DNA from: a virus
Lineage: Duplodnaviria > Caudoviricetes
IMG/VR virus record: IMGVR_UViG_3300012940_000049
Coordinates: 1-40,347 of that record
DNA: 40,347 bases
Reading direction: 5' to 3' (one strand)
Below, piece after piece: positions 34,639 to 40,347 of this stretch. The notes below the pieces were generated by a model, which was given only the letters and a program-made list of their open reading frames with translations, did no database searches and was not told the DNA's origin. Position numbers and translations under genes: made by a program. Each line of letters starts with the position of its first letter. The stretch's first letter is position 1.

Positions 34639-35472
34639 ATGGCAACGCGGAAGAAGGCAGATAAGAACACCACGGCGCTGGTGCCGTGGGATGCGGAGAT
34701 GGCCGAAGCGGCGGAGCGTGGCGCGGCGCAGGAGAAGCCGGTAGGCGACTTTCGCGCGATCAAGATCAGCGGTGGCGTGATGACGGTGGACGATGTGCCT
34801 GTCCCCGGCAACACGCTGCGCTGCGTGGTGCTCACCGCCCTGCCGGAAAACAAGTATTACGCCTCCAAGTTCGTTGCGGGCGAAGGCTCCGCACCCGACT
34901 GCTACGCGTTCGGTGATCTCGATGCGGACGATCCCGAAGAAAGCATGGCTCCCCATGAGGCAGCGGCGAACAAGCAGCATGACGGCGACTGCGCTGGCTG
35001 CCCGATGAATCAGTGGGGCAGCGCGGACGTGGGCAAGGGCAAGGCGTGTAAGAACGTGCGGCGCCTGGCGGTGATCACGGAGGACTCGCTAGAGGATGCT
35101 GACAGCATCGAGGCTGCCGAGGTGCGTACGCTGTCTGTCCCCGTAACCTCGGTGAAAAACTGGAAGGCGTACGTCCGCAACAAGCTGCCCGAGATCAAGC
35201 GTCCGAGCTACGGCGTGATCACGACGATCACGGTCACGCCCGATCCGAAAACGCAGTTCAAGGTGGGCTTCTCGCTCGGTGGTGTGATCGATTTCACCGC
35301 TGATACGTACGGTGCGATCAAGGCCAAGGTGGCGGCGGCGCGCAAAGACATCGTAGCGCCGTACCCGGAGAAGGTGGAGGACGCGCCGCCGCAGCAGCGT
35401 GGGCGTGGTGGCGGCAAGGTGCGGCTGCCGCAGGCTCCCAAGACCGCGAAGAAGCCGCGGGGTAAGTTCTAA
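34639..35472 (+). CDS. probable ssDNA-binding/annealing protein with Cys4 motif
   Basis: AAGGAG RBS; APDCYA...CAGCPMNQWGS...GKACKNVRRLAV...VPVTSVKNW, a family typical of phage PolA modules. Confidence 0.6.
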   Translation: MATRKKADKNTTALVPWDAEMAEAAERGAAQEKPVGDFRAIKISGGVMTVDDVPVPGNTLRCVVLTALPENKYYASKFVAGEGSAPDCYAFGDLDADDPEESMAPHEAAANKQHDGDCAGCPMNQWGSADVGKGKACKNVRRLAVITEDSLEDADSIEAAEVRTLSVPVTSVKNWKAYVRNKLPEIKRPSYGVITTITVTPDPKTQFKVGFSLGGVIDFTADTYGAIKAKVAAARKDIVAPYPEKVEDAPPQQRGRGGGKVRLPQAPKTAKKPRGKF

Positions 35473-35882
35473 TGAGTCCGTTTCTCAATGCGTTCGCCGC
35501 GGTCCAGCGCGCGCTGAACGAGGGTGATCACGCCTACAGCGTGGAGCACTTCCAGGCCCCCCGCTATCCGCACGCCGACGCTGCGGAGGATAGCGACGCG
35601 ATGCGTGCGTACGAGATCGCGCAGGAGGCGTGGGACAAGCGCCCCGCCGCTACGGTGATCACCTGCAACGGGGTTCGTCTCTCTTTCACCTGGCGTGGTC
35701 AGCTGATCGGCATCGAAGCCACCATCCCGGCGGCGGGCCTGTCCACCTACCAGCTGGCGGACGTGCGCGACAAGGTGACGGCGGCGCGTAACGAACTGAC
35801 GGGTACGTGGGATGCAGTCGCGGGCATGCGCATCGCGCGGGCAGCGGTAGCGCTCGATGCCGCGCTGGAGACGCTGCCGTGA
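35472..35882 (+). CDS. hypothetical protein
   Basis: TAATG coupling with the upstream gene. Confidence 0.6.
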   Translation: MSPFLNAFAAVQRALNEGDHAYSVEHFQAPRYPHADAAEDSDAMRAYEIAQEAWDKRPAATVITCNGVRLSFTWRGQLIGIEATIPAAGLSTYQLADVRDKVTAARNELTGTWDAVAGMRIARAAVALDAALETLP

Positions 35883-36271
35883 TCCGCCTGATCTACGTGG
35901 CAGGTCGATTCAACGCAGACACAGGGCTTGCCAGGCGGGATCACGTCACCCACGCCATGCGTCACGCTGCGTGGGTGCTGCGCCAATTCGGCGTGCAAGG
36001 GCTCTATCCCGTAGTGCCGCACGCACAGGGGGAGCACCTGGTTGGCATCGGCGCGGAGCACATCCACTACGCCGGTACGCTGGAGATCATGCGGCGTTGC
36101 CAGGCGGTGCTGGTAGTGCCGGGGTGGGAAGCGAGCAAGGGCACACTCGCGGAGATCAAGGAGGCGGACACGCTCGGCCTGCCCGTGTTCTTCGCGGGCC
36201 AGCCGCATACAGAGGCGGAGATCCGCGAGTGGCTACGGCCACGGGAGGGAGACACGTGCAGCAGCACATGA
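35879..36271 (+). CDS. nucleoside 2-deoxyribosyltransferase-fold protein (DUF1937/DUF4406-like)
   Basis: GTG start at 35879; IYVAGRF...PVVPH...MRRCQAVLVVPGWEASKGTLAEI..A..LGLPVF. Confidence 0.8.
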   Translation: MIRLIYVAGRFNADTGLARRDHVTHAMRHAAWVLRQFGVQGLYPVVPHAQGEHLVGIGAEHIHYAGTLEIMRRCQAVLVVPGWEASKGTLAEIKEADTLGLPVFFAGQPHTEAEIREWLRPREGDTCSST

Positions 36272-36630
36272 TCGAAACGCGTACGGCGGGGCAGCAGCCC
36301 GATGTCGAGGTGCATACGATCCCCGCGCGTAACGCGCAGGAGGCGCTTCGGCTGGCGTTCCGGCGCCACCCCGCTGCTACGCGTGCGGTGGTGATCGATC
36401 GCCGCAGGACGGGGCGCCGGGGCCCGCAGGAGCCCGTGCCTGATTGGTGGGCGGGCTACTCGCGCGGCCGTGCGGAGCGGGTGCAGGCGGAGGTGCCAGG
36501 TGTTGACATCGTGGCGGCGCTCCGGGCGATCGTCACCCCGCGGATGCTCGCGAGCAGGGCGTCGTTCGTCGGTGATCCCCCGTACGCGAGCGGGCGCAAC
36601 CGCAACGGGCGTGAGCCCATCCCACGCTAA
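36268..36630 (+). CDS. hypothetical protein
   Basis: ATGA overlap at the start; ends before a terminator. Confidence 0.55.
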   Translation: MIETRTAGQQPDVEVHTIPARNAQEALRLAFRRHPAATRAVVIDRRRTGRRGPQEPVPDWWAGYSRGRAERVQAEVPGVDIVAALRAIVTPRMLASRASFVGDPPYASGRNRNGREPIPR

Positions 36631-36645
36631 CACGTAATCGCAGGC

Positions 36646-36677
36646 AGCCGGGGCGCTTCGGTGCCCCGGCTTTTCTT
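36646..36677 (+). terminator. Rho-independent terminator upstream of the polymerase gene
   Basis: agccggggcgc-TTCG-gtgccccggct followed by tttctt. Confidence 0.85.
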
Positions 36678-36698
36678 GCGCCTCCAGGGAGCGGACAC

Positions 36699-38723
36699 AT
36701 GGCTAAGCAGGGTGTGATTGCAGATAAGACAAAGGGCTTTGGCGCGTTGGTGCAGCGCGCGGTGGCCGACGCGCGCGAGGCTGACCGCAAGCGGATGCGG
36801 GCGGGGCGCGGCAAGGCTCCCGCTGTGCATGTCATCGACTTTGAGTCCAAGCCGATCGAAGGCAGGCCCCGCTACCCACCGGAGCCGGTAGGCGTATCGA
36901 TCCGCAAGGCTGGCGAGAAGCGCAGCCGCTATTACGCATTCGGCCACCCCACCGAGAACAACTGCACGAAGGCCGACGCGATCAAGGCGCTGCGCGAGGT
37001 GTGGCCGAAGAAGCTTAGCGACCCCGCGATCCTCTGCCACAACGCGAAGTTCGATTACGACGTAGCGGTCACGCACATGGGGATGCGCCCGCTCGATTGG
37101 CGCCAGATACACGATACGATGTTTCTGTTGTTCCTCCACAATCCGCACGCGCGCAGCCTGGGCCTCAAGGAGTGCGCGGAGGAAATCTTGGGCCAGGCGC
37201 CCGACGAACGCGATGCGGTGCGCGATTGGCTCATCGAAAACGGACACGTCAAGAAGGCAGCTAAGCGGATAGGTGAACACATCTGGAAGGCGCCGGGTAA
37301 GCTGGTAGGTGAGTACGCAGCTGGCGATACCGATCGCACGCTGGATCTGTTCCAGCACCTCTACCACTCCGTGTGTCACGATCGCGGGATGCTGGAGCCG
37401 TACGATGTAGAGCGCGAACTGATGATCGCGCTACTCGACAACGAGCGGGACGGCATCCGCGTTGATCTACCGCGGCTCAAGCGTGATCACGCGCTGTATA
37501 CCGCAGCCATGCAGCACGTAGAGGCGTGGTTGCGTAAGCGCCTCAAGGCACCGGGGCTGGACTTCAACAAAAAGGATCAGCTGGCGGATGCGCTGGAGTC
37601 GTCTGGCGTCGTTACCGAGTGGGAGATCACGCCGAAAAGCGGCAAGAAGGCCACCAACAAAAAGTCGCTCACGCTGGACAAATTCAACGATCAGCGGGTA
37701 GCGAACGCGCTCAATTACCGCAACCGCCTGCATACTGCGTTGTCCACGTTCATGGGTCCGTGGCTGCTGCAGGCTATGGAAACTGGCGGCACCGTCCACT
37801 GTAACTGGAACCAGGTGCGCGGCGGCTCCGATGAGGACGGCGGCGGCGCGCGCACGGGGCGGTTCTCCAGCAACCCCAACTTCCAGAACATCCCCACCGA
37901 ATTTGAGATCCCGCACCCGGATCACATTACGGATTTCGTCGTACCTGGCGCTACGGGCAAGGGGGCGTTGCCCGCGCTCCCGCTGATGCGCGGATACATG
38001 CTGCCCGACGCTGGCGGCGTGTGGCTGTCTAGAGACTACAGCAATCAGGAGCCACGCATCACCGCGCATTACACCAACGATGCTTTCGCGGACGCGTACC
38101 GCGCAAACCCGCGACTTGATCCGCATCAGTGGGTGGCCGATGAGGCGAGCAAGGCGGCGGGCCACCCCATCACGCGCAAGCAGGGCAAGGTGCTGAATCT
38201 CGCTGTTACGTACGGGCTAGGCGACGGCGCGCTCGCCACGCAGCTAGGTGTCTCCGTGCCGCAGGCCCGTGCTGTCAAAGGCGCGATGCGGCGCATGATG
38301 CCGGGGCTGGCGAAACTGGAGACGGAGATCAAGACCACGTTCAAGATGGGTCGCGCGATCCGCACGTGGGGTGGACGCGAGTATCACGTAGAGCCGCCCC
38401 GCTACGTGGAGAAGTTCAAGCGGGTAATGACGTTTGAGTATAAGGGCTTGAACGTGCTCATCCAGGGCAGCGCCGCCGACTGCACCAAGCGTGCGATGCT
38501 TGCCTTCTTCCGCGCGGTCAAGCGGGAGGGCCTTACGGGCGTGCGATTCCTCGTGTGCGTCCACGACGAAATCAACATCACCGCGCCGAAGGCAGTAGCC
38601 AAGGAGGCGATGGCGTTACTGCGTAAATGTATGGACGACGTGAAGTTCAACGTTCCCATGCGCTCCACGGGCGAGCATGGGCCCAACTGGCACGCGCTTA
38701 CGACGTTCAAGGAGGCTGCTTGA
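36699..38723 (+). CDS. polA: family A DNA polymerase with 3'-5' exonuclease domain
   Basis: Exo DFES, HNAKFD and YAAGD; RTGRFSS..PNFQNIP; motif A DYSNQEPR; motif B RKQGKVLNLAVTYG; IQGSAAD; motif C VHDE. Confidence 0.96.
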   Translation: MAKQGVIADKTKGFGALVQRAVADAREADRKRMRAGRGKAPAVHVIDFESKPIEGRPRYPPEPVGVSIRKAGEKRSRYYAFGHPTENNCTKADAIKALREVWPKKLSDPAILCHNAKFDYDVAVTHMGMRPLDWRQIHDTMFLLFLHNPHARSLGLKECAEEILGQAPDERDAVRDWLIENGHVKKAAKRIGEHIWKAPGKLVGEYAAGDTDRTLDLFQHLYHSVCHDRGMLEPYDVERELMIALLDNERDGIRVDLPRLKRDHALYTAAMQHVEAWLRKRLKAPGLDFNKKDQLADALESSGVVTEWEITPKSGKKATNKKSLTLDKFNDQRVANALNYRNRLHTALSTFMGPWLLQAMETGGTVHCNWNQVRGGSDEDGGGARTGRFSSNPNFQNIPTEFEIPHPDHITDFVVPGATGKGALPALPLMRGYMLPDAGGVWLSRDYSNQEPRITAHYTNDAFADAYRANPRLDPHQWVADEASKAAGHPITRKQGKVLNLAVTYGLGDGALATQLGVSVPQARAVKGAMRRMMPGLAKLETEIKTTFKMGRAIRTWGGREYHVEPPRYVEKFKRVMTFEYKGLNVLIQGSAADCTKRAMLAFFRAVKREGLTGVRFLVCVHDEINITAPKAVAKEAMALLRKCMDDVKFNVPMRSTGEHGPNWHALTTFKEAA

Positions 38724-39493
38724 GCACGCTGCGCGTTGGCTCTCTATTCAGCGGGATCGGCGGTATCGAGCTAGGGCTTGAGCGCGCGGGGATGCGTGTG
38801 GTGTGGCAGGTCGAGAATGATCCCTACGCTGTAGAGGTGTTGCAGAAACATTGGCCCAAGGTAAGGAGATACGGAGATGTCCGCACGTTCAACGGCAAAG
38901 AGGCGGAGCCGATCGATGTCCTCTGCGGCGGCTTCCCTTGCCAGGACACCAGCCAGGCCAACGGCTACTGGAGCCAGGAGGGGCTTGACGGCGCGCGATC
39001 TGGCCTGTGGTCCGAATTCGCCCGCATCATCGGAGAGACACGCCCGATCTTCGTCCTCATCGAAAACGTCCCCGCCTTGCTCCGTAATGGATTCGGCCGC
39101 GTGCTCCACGATCTCCATGCGCGCGGGTACGATGCGGAGTGGCAGACTGTATCCGCTGCCGCCGTTGGCGCGCCCCACCTCCGCGAGCGGTTGTTTACGG
39201 TTGCCTACGCCCGCCGCTACGGACTCCAAGGGCTCCCCGCGATCAAGGTACGTAGGTTCTCCGCGTTTCAAGATTGGTCGCGTCTCGGATGTGCTGCGGA
39301 GATCACACGCGGACCCGATCCTCGTACACCCACGCTTTACCGAAAAGATGATGGGGTTTCCGCCGCGTTGGGTGGTGATCGAATAGGCGACCAGCTGCGC
39401 TGTATCGGCAACGCTGTAGTGCCGCAGGTGGCGCAGCTGTTCGGAGAGTCCATCGTTTCCGCTTACAAGCAAATCAAGAAAGGTTCCCGCTGA
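38720..39493 (+). CDS. DNA cytosine-C5 methyltransferase, alpha-type polypeptide (motifs I-VIII and X)
   Basis: TTG start at 38720 overlapping the pol stop, with AAGGAGG RBS; SLFSGIGG, GGFPCQ, IENV, HLRERLF, GNAVVP. Confidence 0.93.
   Translation: MSTLRVGSLFSGIGGIELGLERAGMRVVWQVENDPYAVEVLQKHWPKVRRYGDVRTFNGKEAEPIDVLCGGFPCQDTSQANGYWSQEGLDGARSGLWSEFARIIGETRPIFVLIENVPALLRNGFGRVLHDLHARGYDAEWQTVSAAAVGAPHLRERLFTVAYARRYGLQGLPAIKVRRFSAFQDWSRLGCAAEITRGPDPRTPTLYRKDDGVSAALGGDRIGDQLRCIGNAVVPQVAQLFGESIVSAYKQIKKGSR
38877..39386 (+). CDS. nested +1-frame C5-methyltransferase beta-type polypeptide carrying motif IX
   Basis: AAGGAG at 38863-38868 lies 8 nt before ATG 38877; 169-aa ORF with LPTPAATDSKG and a C-terminal LVHPRFTEKMMGFPPRW. 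Confidence 0.75.
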   Translation: MSARSTAKRRSRSMSSAAASLARTPARPTATGARRGLTARDLACGPNSPASSERHARSSSSSKTSPPCSVMDSAACSTISMRAGTMRSGRLYPLPPLARPTSASGCLRLPTPAATDSKGSPRSRYVGSPRFKIGRVSDVLRRSHADPILVHPRFTEKMMGFPPRWVVIE

Positions 39494-40185
39494 TGCCTAC
39501 GAAACCGCTGCCCGTGATCAACGCCTGGTCTTTCTCCCGTCTTGGCGATTACCGCATGTGTCCGTTCAAGGCCAAGCTCAAGTGTGTAGACAAGCTCAAG
39601 GAGCCCGAGTCCGAAGCGATGGCGGAGGGGACGCGCATCCACAAGCTGGCAGAGGACTACGTGCTAGGGAATATCACCCGACTGCCGAAAGAGTTGCAGC
39701 TGTTCAAGGCCGAGTTTGCCGCGCTCAAGAAGCAGAAGGGCGTAGAGTGCGAGGCGGAGTGGACATTCACCGCGAACTTCGATCGCGTGACGGGATGGTT
39801 CTCCAAGGATGCCTGGTGCCGCATCAAGGTTGACGCGCACTACCTGGACGCCAAGACCAACCGCGTGCGAGTCATCGACTACAAAACGGGCAAGATCAAA
39901 GACACGGATCTTGAGCAGCTGGAGTTGTACGCGCTGGCGGCGCTGCTGCTCTACCCCGACTGCGAAGGCGTAGATTGCGAACTCTGGTACACGAAGCTAG
40001 GTGAACTGCTCCCTCCCAACGGCGCCAATTTCGAGAACACGACCGCCGTCAAGAAGCGGCTGCTCGCCAAGTGGGTAAAGGCTAGCAAGCCGATGCTGGC
40101 CGATCGCAAGTTCAAGCCGACGCCCAACGCGCTGTGCCGCTGGTGCCACTTCCGTAATGATAATGGGGGACCGTGTGCCTACTGA
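39493..40185 (+). CDS. PD-(D/E)XK exonuclease with Cys4 (Fe-S staple-like) motif, Cas4/AddB-like
   Basis: WSFSRL..Y.MCP, GTRIH, VDAH...VIDYKTGK, QLELY, CRWC...C. Confidence 0.88.
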   Translation: MPTKPLPVINAWSFSRLGDYRMCPFKAKLKCVDKLKEPESEAMAEGTRIHKLAEDYVLGNITRLPKELQLFKAEFAALKKQKGVECEAEWTFTANFDRVTGWFSKDAWCRIKVDAHYLDAKTNRVRVIDYKTGKIKDTDLEQLELYALAALLLYPDCEGVDCELWYTKLGELLPPNGANFENTTAVKKRLLAKWVKASKPMLADRKFKPTPNALCRWCHFRNDNGGPCAY

Positions 40186-40347
40186 ATTGAAAACAGCGCC
40201 GCAGGTGTTCCACCGCCTCAAGCCTGGAGTCCGGGTGCGTGTGGATCTCCCCCACTTCCCGCCGTGCCGCTACTGCAACGGCGTAGCGCAGGCGGCGCTG
40301 GACGTGGCGCACGCGGGCGCTAGCTACGCTGCGTTTACCGACTTTGA
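40175..40347 (+). CDS. 3'-truncated hypothetical protein with CxxC
   Basis: GTG 40175 is open to the window end: VPTELKTAPQVFHRLKPGVRVRVDLPHFPPCRYCNG... Confidence 0.45.
   Translation, partial: MPTELKTAPQVFHRLKPGVRVRVDLPHFPPCRYCNGVAQAALDVAHAGASYAAFTDF

Noticed and set aside
31040-38723. Hypermodified-base or Z-genome pathway (dcd, NDT-fold protein, PolA)
   Set aside because: No purZ, thymidylate synthase/hydroxymethylase, queuosine-pathway or transferase genes occur in the window, and the apparent restriction-site avoidance argues against global base substitution. Genes outside the window cannot be excluded.
39493-40185. Cas4-like nuclease as evidence of CRISPR-Cas
   Set aside because: Stand-alone PD-(D/E)XK nucleases are common in phage replication modules, and there is no array or other cas gene.
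1-40347. TAG stop-codon reassignment suggested by frequent TAG/CTA
   Set aside because: Core genes are full length under code 11 and several end at TAG. The excess is better explained by synonymous site avoidance.

Overview
The window is a roughly 40 kb, high-GC segment of a tailed dsDNA phage with a siphovirus layout, cut inside genes at both ends. Overlapping Rz/Rz1-like spanins point to a Gram-negative host. It has three blocks. (1) 1-2757 (+): small early genes with sigma70-like promoters embedded in inverted repeats. (2) 2813-26215 (-): a sigma-region-4 regulator, HNH, probable cos, TerS/TerL, an unusual three-gene fibre-like insert, HK97-type portal, ClpP-type protease and capsid, then neck, tail tube, frameshifting chaperone, tape measure, tail tip, tail fibre and the lysis cassette. 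(3) 26639-end (+): primase-helicase, many Cys-rich microproteins, a J-domain protein, dCTP deaminase, ATP-dependent ligase, family A DNA polymerase, C5 methyltransferase and a PD-(D/E)XK nuclease. The most notable signals are a C5-MTase whose motif IX is encoded by a nested +1-frame ORF with its own RBS, promoters whose -35 box sits in the loop of long perfect hairpins built on a recurring CTACC-N3-TAA element, a DUF4082-like/20-residue-repeat fibre module between terminase and portal, apparent avoidance of GAGCTC/GAGCTG/GTCGAC/CTCGAG, and a structured RNA leader. No integrase, tRNA or CRISPR array was seen. All family assignments come from reading motifs by eye; no database search was run.
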